Positions 10,283 to 19,559 of a DNA stretch of 64,000 nt are shown piece by piece. The DNA is from Candidatus Eisenbergiella pullicola. GTDB taxonomy: Bacteria; Bacillota; Clostridia; Lachnospirales; Lachnospiraceae. The stretch's first letter is position 1. Every line of letters starts with the position of its first letter. The stretch is taken from contig DWZU01000033.1 in the NCBI GenBank assembly GCA_019117385.1, positions 12,301 through 76,300 of the forward strand. Direction: 5' to 3'. Made by a program: the position numbers and the translations under genes. A model generated the notes under the pieces. It was not told the origin of the DNA and made no database searches. It saw nothing but the letters and a program-made list of their open reading frames with translations.

Positions 10283-12383
10283 TCTGTATCCATACCGCCG
10301 TATGGGGCAACAGGGTTTTTCCGTCCACAGGATATTGAAAATCGCAACCCGCAGCCCGTTTTCGTTCTTCTTCCGGGATTTCCCAGGGCGTACTTCTGTG
10401 ATTCACCACGATCATCCCGTTTTCAAATTCCCCGATTTCCAGATCTTTTCCCGCCCATGGGCGAAGCCCTTCTTTCACGATTTCGGAAAACAGCGCCTCA
10501 AACAGTTTCGTTTTCGACAATGCCAGAGGGTACATTTCCCCGTTCTTCTGTTCGTAGGGGACATGGGGGATATTCTGGGAAGCATAGGCCGCTCCGGCCT
10601 GTACGCCGAAAGAGATCACGCGCCCGCAGCCGAAGGCCCTTTCCGCTACGCATGGTTTTTTGCTGTCCAGATAAACGGCCAGCGTTCGATCCCCTTCTAT
10701 GCTCTCAAAGGAGAGCCCCTGCGGGATAATCGGACGGTCGAAAATCCAGGGTTCTTTTCCGTGGGCGGTTCCCTCGATGCCGAAGGCGTGTTTCGCGTAT
10801 CCGTCCGCCGGGCCGTGGATCAGCGTTCCGCCCGCCTCCACCCAGCTTCTCAGCTCTTGTTCCGCTTCCGGTTTACGGTCCGTCTCATAGCAGTCGTCCG
10901 CAGGAAGGATCAGCACCTGATAGTCCGAAAGTCCGCCCGCTTCGATCTCCCGATAGTCGATAACATCCACCGCAAGCCCCAGATCGCTGAGGATCCGGTA
11001 CCATCCCAGGGAATCCAGCCGGCGTACCTTATTGCCCTCTGTCCGGAAAGGCTCGATCCCGGCCATGGCCGAAGGGAAGAGCAGAGCCGCCGTCTTTTTC
11101 CTCCGCCCCACCCGTTTTTCCGTCACCCGGCGGCACCAGAGATTCCCTTTTTTCAGGGATTCCTGGAAAGAATCGTCCAGGCAGTTTAAAATTCCGCCGT
11201 CATCCATCCCGTTGATCCCGTAACAGGAATAGCCGTCCGCTCCGGAGGCGGTCATGGTCCCGATGATCTCGCAGGGGGTCAGATAACGGTACAGATCCTG
11301 ATACAGAAATCTTCCCCAGTAAATTCCGCCCAGAAACGGCCTGCCCTTGTTCAGCGCCCGCATCATGCTGTGCTGGTAAGCGCTCACATATGCGTCCGGC
11401 GTCCCGTCCGGGGTAACGGGCACGGTCAGGAAATGGCAGCAGTCCACATGGGGCGCCAGCCCGTAAATATCCACGCCGCGCACCGCCGTATCCCACAGAT
11501 CGCAGAAGTCCGCGTCCTGATCCGTCAGCCGGCTGCCGTCTATATTGAGGAAATATCCCCACTGGGAAATCCCGGGAAACAGATACAGATCCTCTTTTAC
11601 CGTTTTAAGCCTTTCCTCCATCCGGCAAAAATACGCGGTCAGTTCCTCCATCCTCCACTGCGCGTTGTCCTGCCACAGGCGGAATCGCCTGGTCTGCTCC
11701 CGGATATCCGTCTCCGAAATGGGATCGCTGCCGTCATAATGAAAGCCAAACCAGCATTCCTCCAGCGTCAGCTCGCTGAAGTCCTTTTTCTCCACTCCGT
11801 AAGCCCGGTTAAACGCCTCGATCGTGCCGTACTTCCTTTTCAGGAAATCCGCATAGCGCTCCCGCCCTTCCTCTTCAAAACTCATGGCCACCATGGGATC
11901 CCACATGCTGCAGAGAGGATGCCTCTCCCTGCCTTCCACGGAAATGGAGGCCATATTTTCCCCATAGGTCTGCAGGAGCCGCTCCACATGATCCACCATG
12001 GATTTCTGGGCCGCAGGGGACCAGTACTTATACCATCTTCCCGGTTTTCCCTGCCGGTTGATCACTTCCTCGCCGAAAATGGGAGGGCTGAACCGGATTC
12101 GCGGATACAGGTTATCCCCGTTCAAATACAGGGCCAGAAACGTATGGGTCAGCCCGTGCCGCTTTGCGGAATCCATCATGAATTCCTGCATTTTCACGTA
12201 CTGGCTGGCTTCCCCGCCCTCGCACCTCTCCTTCACGTCTTCCCAGGCCTTCGTATCCAGCATCACGCTGTCGAACCCCAGACCGGCAATCTGTTCCATG
12301 GTCTTTTCCACGAAGGCCTCATCGTCGTATGCCGGGCGGTAAAAATTCCCGAACCATACGTTCAGCCATGCTCTTTTGCTCAT
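10272..12383 (-). CDS. GH42-fold (beta-galactosidase-like) protein with atypical catalytic positions
   Basis: KYGTIEAFNRAYG GH42 hallmark; C-terminal trimerisation-type domain (YQVLILP...WVEAGGTLI); RBS AAAGGAG before ATG 12383. Confidence 0.75.
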   Translation of the reverse strand: MSKRAWLNVWFGNFYRPAYDDEAFVEKTMEQIAGLGFDSVMLDTKAWEDVKERCEGGEASQYVKMQEFMMDSAKRHGLTHTFLALYLNGDNLYPRIRFSPPIFGEEVINRQGKPGRWYKYWSPAAQKSMVDHVERLLQTYGENMASISVEGRERHPLCSMWDPMVAMSFEEEGRERYADFLKRKYGTIEAFNRAYGVEKKDFSELTLEECWFGFHYDGSDPISETDIREQTRRFRLWQDNAQWRMEELTAYFCRMEERLKTVKEDLYLFPGISQWGYFLNIDGSRLTDQDADFCDLWDTAVRGVDIYGLAPHVDCCHFLTVPVTPDGTPDAYVSAYQHSMMRALNKGRPFLGGIYWGRFLYQDLYRYLTPCEIIGTMTASGADGYSCYGINGMDDGGILNCLDDSFQESLKKGNLWCRRVTEKRVGRRKKTAALLFPSAMAGIEPFRTEGNKVRRLDSLGWYRILSDLGLAVDVIDYREIEAGGLSDYQVLILPADDCYETDRKPEAEQELRSWVEAGGTLIHGPADGYAKHAFGIEGTAHGKEPWIFDRPIIPQGLSFESIEGDRTLAVYLDSKKPCVAERAFGCGRVISFGVQAGAAYASQNIPHVPYEQKNGEMYPLALSKTKLFEALFSEIVKEGLRPWAGKDLEIGEFENGMIVVNHRSTPWEIPEEERKRAAGCDFQYPVDGKTLLPHTAVWIQKNM

Positions 12384-12514
12384 CACGCAATCTCCTTTCC
12401 CCGTCCGCCGGGCCTTTCCTTTCCGTCCCGCCGGACGCCGCATCGAAAATGACAGGAAGAGCGTAACAGATTCCTCCCTGGCCGCATATCGGCATCCATG
12501 CCAACTCTTTCCCG

Positions 12515-12532
12515 AAAATATGTAAAAAAATG
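12515..12532 (-). repeat. 18-bp inverted repeat, right copy
   Basis: AAAATATGTAAAAAAATG, the exact reverse complement of 10265-10282. Confidence 0.75.
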
Positions 12533-12614
12533 CGGCGTTTCCGCCTCCTCCGTACAGGAAGGGGAAAACGCCGCATCGACAGCCGCCTATGCGGGAAAAA
12601 CAAAGCTCACTTCG

Positions 12615-13634
12615 TCAGCCTTCATATTCGATCACGACTTTGCATTCGTCATTGCTCCCGGATTCGAACAGCTTGACGAACATATCCTGCACCGCTTTCG
12701 CATCGTGAGGAATACGGCTGGTGATGGTCTTCAAAAACAGATCTTTGTTTTTGCAGATCATATCGAATGCTTCCCGATAATCCGCTGCCGTAAAGTACAA
12801 CCCCGTGCGGATGGCGATTTCCTTCATATACATCGGCATCGTCGCTGCAGACATCCGCTGTGCGTGCATGCCCAGCATCACCAGGGTAGCGCCGGAATTC
12901 ATGATCTGTACCAGCTCGTCGTAATTCTCCAGACCCAGGCAGTCTATGACATGGGAGAAGCCGTCTTCCGGCGTGATCGCCTTGAGCTGCTCGCCGAAGT
13001 CTTCCTCTTTCACGCTCAGACAGTCGTCCACGAATTCATAGTTCTTGCAGAAGTTCACGCGCCCCTTATTGCGTCCCACCATATAAACCTTGCCCGCTCC
13101 CAGGAGTTTGGCACAGGCCGCGGCATAGATGCCGATGGGGCCGTTTCCCCAGATCAACACCGCATCGCCGGGCTGAATGTTGCAGTATTTCACGCCGTGC
13201 AGAGACACCGCCACCGGCTCCGTGATGGCGCCCAGCTCCAGCGGCACGTCGTCCGGCAATTCACAGACGAAATCCCCTCGGACGCTGACGTATTCGGAAA
13301 ACGCGCCGTCCATCGTCACTCCCGGATTGTCCACCATCATCTGTTTACAGAGATGTTCCTGTCCGTTTTTGCAGAATTTGCACTGTCCGCAGGGATTGAA
13401 TTCCGCCGCGCATACCCTCGCTCCCTTTTTGAACGGGAAATCGCCCGGATCCTCGACATATCCGCTGAACTCATGTCCGATGGACATTCCCTGATACGCG
13501 TTCCAGAGCATATTATCGCTGCCGCAGATCGCCACGTATTTCGTTTTCAGGATCACCCTTCCTTCCGATGCCTTCGGCATGTCCTTCTCCACCATTTCGA
13601 AATTGTGAACGGGATTGATAATCAAACTCTTCAT
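12615..13634 (-). CDS. Zn-dependent medium-chain (sugar/polyol) dehydrogenase
   Basis: ICGSD, GHE, structural CxxCxxC...C and GNGPIG motifs. Confidence 0.92.
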   Translation of the reverse strand: MKSLIINPVHNFEMVEKDMPKASEGRVILKTKYVAICGSDNMLWNAYQGMSIGHEFSGYVEDPGDFPFKKGARVCAAEFNPCGQCKFCKNGQEHLCKQMMVDNPGVTMDGAFSEYVSVRGDFVCELPDDVPLELGAITEPVAVSLHGVKYCNIQPGDAVLIWGNGPIGIYAAACAKLLGAGKVYMVGRNKGRVNFCKNYEFVDDCLSVKEEDFGEQLKAITPEDGFSHVIDCLGLENYDELVQIMNSGATLVMLGMHAQRMSAATMPMYMKEIAIRTGLYFTAADYREAFDMICKNKDLFLKTITSRIPHDAKAVQDMFVKLFESGSNDECKVVIEYEG

Positions 13635-13660
13635 AGCGCGTCCTCCTTTCGCCGCTGCGA

Positions 13661-14191
13661 TTAAATATAGTAAACCCTTTTTCCCTTTCTTTCAGCCGGT
13701 TGCGGATAGTCCCCGTCCGGATATCCCAGAATGCAGTGTCCGATCCCCTCGTAATCCCCTTCGATTCCAAGGGATTTCAGAATTTCCTTTCCTTCCGGAC
13801 GTTCGAACTCCTCTTTTGCCCGGTGAATCCAACAGCTGCCGATGCCTAACGCATGAGCGGCCAACATCAGATTCGCCATCACCAGGCTGCCGTCATAGAC
13901 ATACGTGCCGCAGTTTCGATCTGCCAAAACGATCAGAACGGCCGGCGCGCCGTAAAACGGATCCCCGTCCGTTCCCATGATCGAGGCGTTGAGCCGGGAC
14001 AGGCGATCCCGCATATCCCGATCCGTCACCGCCACGATAATAGGGGACTGGCGGTTCATACCGGTAGGCGCCCAGAGACCGGCCTCGATGATCCTGTCCA
14101 GATCCTCCTTCCCGATCGCGTCCGGTTTGTACTTGCGCACGCTCCTCCTGCTTTCGATACAATCGAAAATTTCCTTCTGCTTTTGCGTCAT
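13661..14191 (-). CDS. Nitroreductase family protein
   Basis: RRSVRKY, APTGMNRQ, NLMLAAHALGIGSCWI. Confidence 0.93.
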   Translation of the reverse strand: MTQKQKEIFDCIESRRSVRKYKPDAIGKEDLDRIIEAGLWAPTGMNRQSPIIVAVTDRDMRDRLSRLNASIMGTDGDPFYGAPAVLIVLADRNCGTYVYDGSLVMANLMLAAHALGIGSCWIHRAKEEFERPEGKEILKSLGIEGDYEGIGHCILGYPDGDYPQPAERKGKRVYYI

Positions 14192-14194
14192 GAT

Positions 14195-14293
14195 AACCTC
14201 CATTCCGGAGCGCCGGCGACGGGACGAAGAGAATTCGCGAACGCTTTTTCCCTTCTGTCATAAGAGCCGTTTGCGACGCTCCGCACAAACAGG
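14195..14293 (-). repeat. About 100-nt structured intergenic element, copy 1 (candidate cis-RNA or MITE-like element ending in the RBS)
   Basis: Clear similarity to 59591-59690; hairpin whose loop (CGGAGCGU) is complementary to a segment beside the SD. Confidence 0.7.
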
Positions 14294-14335
14294 CCCGTCT
14301 TTCCCAAATAGTGGCATCTCGGTTCTTTCAGACAT

Positions 14336-15331
14336 TCATAGAACCTGCGCGCAGGACGCGCCGCTTAAAACGATTTCATCCCGCTTTTGCAAACGGTTTT
14401 CCTCCCAGGCGAACACGTTCAGCACGCCCTCTCTGTTGCAGGCGTTGACTACCAGGTTCGTCCCCGGAACCTGCGACAAATGCCGGGGCCAGTTTCCCGT
14501 CTCCCATTCGCCGATCCGGTTCAGTTTTTCCTCCTTCACCGAAAAAGCCGCCACCGTATTGGCTCCCCGGTTACAGACCAGTACCGTATGGGCATCCGCC
14601 ATACAGGCCGTGCCGGGATAATTGATCCCCTGCTCCCCTGTGGCCTGCACAGTCTGAACGCAGGCCGGAGTCGTCGTCCTGTCGCTTCCTTCATACCGCC
14701 AGAGCCGCAGCGTGCCGTCCAGTTCCTGGACGGACAAAAGCAAATTTTCCGTCAAAGGCAGCAGCTGCCGCGGTCCGGCTCCTTCGGGCAGACGAATCGG
14801 ATTCAGTTCCTCCTCCGGCAGCCCGTTCGCCATCCGATAGCGATAAATCCGGTCCCGCCCCAGATCCGACAGGTAAAGGATATCTTCCTGCTGCGAGGCC
14901 CAGTGCGCATGGGGCCTGGCCCCGTCTTCAGCGCCCCCGCAATGCGCCACATCCTCGGGTTTGCGGTGCCAGAGGATCTTTTTCAGCCCGTAGTCCACCG
15001 CAAAAAAGTCCCCCGTACCGTAGCAGCTGGCGTACAACGCCGTCTCCCCTTCCCAGAGATGGCACAACTCCCCGCCGGGCAACGCGATCCGACCCTCCTC
15101 TTCCCCCAGAGAGCCGTCCTCCCGTACGCGCCGGCGACCGATGGCCGCCCGTTCTGTCTGCTCCGACACCATGTACAAAAAGCCGTCTTTCTTCAGAATC
15201 CAGGAAGGGCTGCCCCCCTGCCGAATCCCTCCCTCTACTTTCGCCTTCCCCTCCCGGCTCAGGCAGACCGTCAGAACATCGTTCCCCGCTTCCGCGGTAT
15301 AACCGCTGCAGGCCAGTCTGATCTCCCTCAT
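14336..15331 (-). CDS. Lactonase family beta-propeller protein (Pgl/YkgB-like)
   Basis: PHAH, GAGPRQL and WPRH motifs; RBS AAGGAG before ATG 15331. Confidence 0.85.
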   Translation of the reverse strand: MREIRLACSGYTAEAGNDVLTVCLSREGKAKVEGGIRQGGSPSWILKKDGFLYMVSEQTERAAIGRRRVREDGSLGEEEGRIALPGGELCHLWEGETALYASCYGTGDFFAVDYGLKKILWHRKPEDVAHCGGAEDGARPHAHWASQQEDILYLSDLGRDRIYRYRMANGLPEEELNPIRLPEGAGPRQLLPLTENLLLSVQELDGTLRLWRYEGSDRTTTPACVQTVQATGEQGINYPGTACMADAHTVLVCNRGANTVAAFSVKEEKLNRIGEWETGNWPRHLSQVPGTNLVVNACNREGVLNVFAWEENRLQKRDEIVLSGASCAQVL

Positions 15332-15345
15332 TTCCGTCTCCTTCT

Positions 15346-16158
15346 TCATTTGAGATCCAGATCCGTCTTCAGCCACCAGCGCAGCACGTCCTGAATCTTC
15401 GCATCCCAATATTTCCACTGGTGATCCCCTTCCGACTCTTCACAGGTCAGATCGTATCCCAGTTTCTTCACATGATCCCACACTTTCAGGTTTCCCTCGT
15501 ACAGAAAATCCCCTGTGCCGCACCAGGCATACAGCGGCGGCAGCTCCTCCCGGAGCTTGTTCGCTGCCAATCCGTCCGCCAGCGCGAGAATCTCATCGCT
15601 CGATCCCTGCAACCTCTCCACGTTTCCGAAGATCCCTTCAAAAAGCGCCTTCTTTCCTTCCGGCACCTCCGTCTGCCTCCGATAGTCTTCCACGATATCC
15701 AGCGCGCCGGACAAAGACGCGCCTGCCCCGAAGGTGTCGCTGGCCCTCAACGCCAGTTTCCACGCTCCATAGCCGCCCATGGACAGCCCCGCCGCCAGGG
15801 TATCCTCCCTTCTGTCCGACATGCGCGGGAAGAATTCACGGCAGATTTTCGGCAACTCTTCCGACACAAATGTCCAATATTTCATCCCATACGTCGTATC
15901 CGTGTAAAACGCCAGATGCGTGGTGGGCATCACCACCGCGATCCCCAGCTGGCTGACATAGCGCTCGATGGAGGTGCGCCTCTGCCAGATGGTCTGATCA
16001 TCGCTCATCCCGTGGAGCAGATACATGGTCTTATAGCGCCCGTCCGCGGCCTTTCCCTCCATCCCGATCTGCCCGCTGGTCTGTTGTGGCAGAATCACGT
16101 CCATATCCATACACATTCCCAGTACATCTGAGAAAAAATCCACATGCAGCAATGCCAT
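15346..16158 (-). CDS. Alpha/beta-hydrolase esterase (tributyrin esterase/FrmB-like)
   Basis: YLLHG, GLSMGG nucleophile elbow, GDHQWKYWD; RBS GGAGGA before ATG 16158. Confidence 0.9.
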   Translation of the reverse strand: MALLHVDFFSDVLGMCMDMDVILPQQTSGQIGMEGKAADGRYKTMYLLHGMSDDQTIWQRRTSIERYVSQLGIAVVMPTTHLAFYTDTTYGMKYWTFVSEELPKICREFFPRMSDRREDTLAAGLSMGGYGAWKLALRASDTFGAGASLSGALDIVEDYRRQTEVPEGKKALFEGIFGNVERLQGSSDEILALADGLAANKLREELPPLYAWCGTGDFLYEGNLKVWDHVKKLGYDLTCEESEGDHQWKYWDAKIQDVLRWWLKTDLDLK

Positions 16159-16463
16159 TGCCAAAGTCCTCCTCGCTGAATATTTTGCAGAATGCCTCCC
16201 TTTCATTGTAGCATTCCGCCGTCCCTCTGGCAAGCCGGCGCAGGCATTCAAAATTCGATCAGTCGCCTCAAAAAAGGCACTTCTCTCCGCCCTTTCCAAC
16301 GGTATCATCAAATCATATATACAAACCTTTTTTAAATTTGAAAAACCTCCTGACGGATGGTATAATGAATGAATAGTATCTCTCGATAAACGGCCGCCCG
16401 AAAGCCGTCTCTTTCCCGACGCGGCCGCAGTATTCCGCGCTGTGGCGCATACCGGTAAACACC

Positions 16464-17507
16464 ATGAAAAAAGTAACTTTACAGGAGATTGCCAAGTCCT
16501 TAAACATTTCCCGCACCACCGTCTGGAAAGTCTTCAGCGGACACGACGGCGTTTCCGATGCGTTGAGAGACAGAGTTCTGACCCGCGCCCGCGAACTGGG
16601 ATATCAGTTTCCGGAACGCATCGCCGGCGGAACTACCCCTGAGATCTCTTCTTCCACCAGCATCGCCCTCGCCGTCTGCCGTCCGGAAACCTCCATCTTC
16701 TGGATGAAGATCATCCATCAGGTGGCCAAAGAGCTCTCTTTTCTCAACGCCAATCTGGTATATACCTATCTGCCATCCACCGTGGACGGAGACTATACTC
16801 TCCCGGCGTCCCTCACGAATGGCAGCACACAGGGCATGATCGTGATGAACGTGTACGATGAGCAACTGGTTCGTCTGCTGGCCTCCCTGTCCGTACCGAA
16901 GGTCTTTCTGGACACGCCCACGCACATCCCTCCGTCCCAGCTGAACGGGGATCTGCTTCTGATGGAAAGCGCGGACAGCGTCTCCCGCATCACGGAGCAT
17001 CTGATCCAACAAGGCAAAAAATCCTTCGGTTTCATCGGCGATATCGATTATGCGAAATCCAACTACGAACGATATGAGGGTTTTCTGAATACGCTCGTCA
17101 GACACCGCATTTCCTGGGATCCTTCCCTGTTCCTTACCGGCGCCATCGGGATGGATACCCACAAAGAGGAAATCGATGCATTTCTGGATACTTTTTCCAA
17201 AATGCCGGATGCTTTCGTCTGTGTCAGCGACTACGTGGCCTGCATCCTGATCCAGCTTTTAAACAAGCGGGGGTATCGGGTTCCGGAAGACGTGGCCGTG
17301 GCCGGTTTCGACCGCAACCTGGAACATCCTTTGGCCGAGGATCTCACCACCGTCCAGGTATTCAACCAGGATATCGGGCAACGGCTGGCGCACCAGATAC
17401 TGTTTCGGATGAAACACCCCAAAACGCGATACGAAATCACCTATGTCTCTTCTGAGCCCATTTTCCGCGCCTCCACCGGGGATGCGCCGGATCCCACGGT
17501 GGCATGA
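16464..17507 (+). CDS. LacI-family transcriptional regulator
   Basis: VTLQEIAKSLNISRTTVWKVFSG HTH; RVPEDVAVAGFD; divergent from the esterase operon. Confidence 0.93.
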   Translation: MKKVTLQEIAKSLNISRTTVWKVFSGHDGVSDALRDRVLTRARELGYQFPERIAGGTTPEISSSTSIALAVCRPETSIFWMKIIHQVAKELSFLNANLVYTYLPSTVDGDYTLPASLTNGSTQGMIVMNVYDEQLVRLLASLSVPKVFLDTPTHIPPSQLNGDLLLMESADSVSRITEHLIQQGKKSFGFIGDIDYAKSNYERYEGFLNTLVRHRISWDPSLFLTGAIGMDTHKEEIDAFLDTFSKMPDAFVCVSDYVACILIQLLNKRGYRVPEDVAVAGFDRNLEHPLAEDLTTVQVFNQDIGQRLAHQILFRMKHPKTRYEITYVSSEPIFRASTGDAPDPTVA

Positions 17508-17725
17508 GCGGAAAAGGCCCGGAGCCCGGGAATCGTAGGGGATTTTCTGATCGGCAGATAACGGATTCCCCTCTGCCTTTAAACCTTTCTTTCGCTCATA
17601 CCCTTTGTGTCACACCTGCGTCTGCCCCTGGCCGATAGGCTTTTGAATGAAGCGCTTTCGCCGGCTGCCGGGCGGATCAGGGGCTCTCGCCCATCAAAAT
17701 CGTGCGCCGCCAGACGCACTGCTGC

Positions 17726-17771
17726 AAACAGCGCGCGGGACTGTCTGTATGACAATCCCACGCGCTGTTTT
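17726..17771. terminator. Long stem-loop closing the pilus operon
   Basis: AAACAGCGCG...GGGA.TGTC/GACA.TCCC.CGCGCTGTTT immediately after the sortase stop codon. Confidence 0.7.
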
Positions 17772-17781
17772 AATCCGCGGA

Positions 17782-18402
17782 TCATGACGGCTTCCTGCAG
17801 CGCACAGCCAAACGGTTTTTTCCTCCGTACGTACAGGTAAACAACGTCAGGTCCCATCCTCTGTCCTTCATATTTTCCACTTCCTGTGGTTTCAATGTTT
17901 CCAGTTCCGACACTTCATAGAAAAAAAGATTTCCTTCTACGTCCTGAAATGAAATTCGGGTTCCCGGTTCCAGATTTTTTAACGGGGTGAAATGCGCCCG
18001 ATAATTGTGCCCGGCGACGACAAACCCTCCAGCGTAGGCAGATCCTGCATAGCGGCATGGAGCTGTCTTCAGCTTTTCGTAACTCCATTCGCTCATAACC
18101 GGCAGAGACAGCTCCAGGGCCGGAATCTCCAGAATACCGATGTACTCGTTTCCATCGATCTCCACAACAGGCATCTCCCTGTCCGAATCGATCACATATT
18201 CCGGAATTTCCTGTCCTTCTGCTCCATAGTTTTCCTCCGCTTCCATAAATCGGGACAGCTCTTCACAAACTCCTTCCGACGCTCTCTTTGCCCGCCTGTC
18301 ATCCCATAGATTATAAGCTTCCAAAGCGAGGGAAGCTGCCAGAAACAGCGCCCCTCCCGCCATCCATACAGCTCCCTTTTTCTTCTGCCTTCCATTCTTC
18401 AT
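17782..18402 (-). CDS. Sortase (second, class D-like)
   Basis: N-terminal TM; VAGHN (His), LTLFTCT (Cys), RLAVRC (Arg); ATGA overlap with the upstream gene. Confidence 0.88.
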   Translation of the reverse strand: MKNGRQKKKGAVWMAGGALFLAASLALEAYNLWDDRRAKRASEGVCEELSRFMEAEENYGAEGQEIPEYVIDSDREMPVVEIDGNEYIGILEIPALELSLPVMSEWSYEKLKTAPCRYAGSAYAGGFVVAGHNYRAHFTPLKNLEPGTRISFQDVEGNLFFYEVSELETLKPQEVENMKDRGWDLTLFTCTYGGKNRLAVRCRKPS

Positions 18403-19529
18403 GAGCGCCGCCTTTTCCATCCGATCAAAAACAGGCACAAACCGATTCCGGCGAAAACGGGCACCGGCCACTGAAGGACGCCCGTCTGCGGCAGAGACGG
18501 CTGTCCCTGCGTTTCCTGCGCCTCCGTCACCGTGCTTGCCGGAACTTCCGTCACAGCTTTTTCCAACGGCGTTTCGTCCTTCTCGAACCGTTCCGGCGTC
18601 TCTCCAGGGCCCGGTCCCTTCGAATCATCAGGGGATTCCGGGCGCTCCGAGGTTCCCGGCTCTTCCGGTTCTTCCTCGCTGTACGAGTTGGTTACTACAA
18701 ACAGGATGCCCTCCTGATGCACTAAAACCGTATATCCTTCCGGCACCTCGCTTTCCGCAAGCTGCCACCTGGCATCTCCCGCCAGTCCCGTCCAGGTGTG
18801 GCTCCATCCGTTTTCCGCATTCAGAATCACCGCATCCTCCACCTCTCCGTCTCTCAAAAGCTGAACCTCGATTTCCTTCGGCCTGCTGTCCTCATGCCCG
18901 TCATCTTTCCAGACCTTCTGCACGCTTCGGTCTACATTTGGCGGCGTATAACCGCTTTCGAATTTGCAGGCCGCCGTTACCTCATCGATCCAGTTATTTC
19001 CGTCCAGCCCGGGCACAGAAATCAAAAACGGTTCCGGCGTATAGAGATAGACTCCTTCCGCCTCCAGACTTCCTTCCCGGTAAGGATCTCCTTCCACCAG
19101 ATACAGCCCCTTTTCCAGCCCATTAAAATACGCCTTTCCGACCTCGTCTGTCCGGCTTTTCTCATCCGGTGTTATCTCATCCCGGACAACATAGGCATGC
19201 AGTGTCTCCGCCAGCGCCTTCCACTCCGAGCTATCCTCGGCGTTCTGGGGTACGGGGTACTGCTCAAAGGCTCCGGTCAACGTGAATTCCGCGCGCGAAA
19301 GATCCATGTCCCCCACCCGATACAGCCGAAATTCCACGTCCGGAAAGCCTTCCTGCTCCGTCCCGAAAAAGACGGTCAGGGACAACTCTGTTTTTCCGGG
19401 CTCTTCCGCCGCGGTTCCTGGCTCGAATGCCAGCGCTGTATTCGGCCGGCCGCTCAGACTTAAGCACCAAACGCACAGGATTGCCGCCAATATCCGGAGG
19501 TATGCCAGAAAACATCTTCGTCCACTCAT
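18399..19529 (-). CDS. Ancillary pilin, Cna-B domain, LPQTG sorting signal
   Basis: Signal peptide; VQKVWKDDG...RPKEIEVQLLRDG...NGWSHTW Cna-B domain; LPQTG + TM + KRRRS. Confidence 0.88.
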   Translation of the reverse strand: MSGRRCFLAYLRILAAILCVWCLSLSGRPNTALAFEPGTAAEEPGKTELSLTVFFGTEQEGFPDVEFRLYRVGDMDLSRAEFTLTGAFEQYPVPQNAEDSSEWKALAETLHAYVVRDEITPDEKSRTDEVGKAYFNGLEKGLYLVEGDPYREGSLEAEGVYLYTPEPFLISVPGLDGNNWIDEVTAACKFESGYTPPNVDRSVQKVWKDDGHEDSRPKEIEVQLLRDGEVEDAVILNAENGWSHTWTGLAGDARWQLAESEVPEGYTVLVHQEGILFVVTNSYSEEEPEEPGTSERPESPDDSKGPGPGETPERFEKDETPLEKAVTEVPASTVTEAQETQGQPSLPQTGVLQWPVPVFAGIGLCLFLIGWKRRRS

Positions 19530-19559
19530 CGCAACTTGCCTCCTTCATTTCTATTTTTC

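Noticed and set aside
17579-17857. 92-aa minus-strand ORF after the sortase
   Set aside because: It overlaps the sortase 3' end and the terminator hairpin and has no RBS or recognisable motif.
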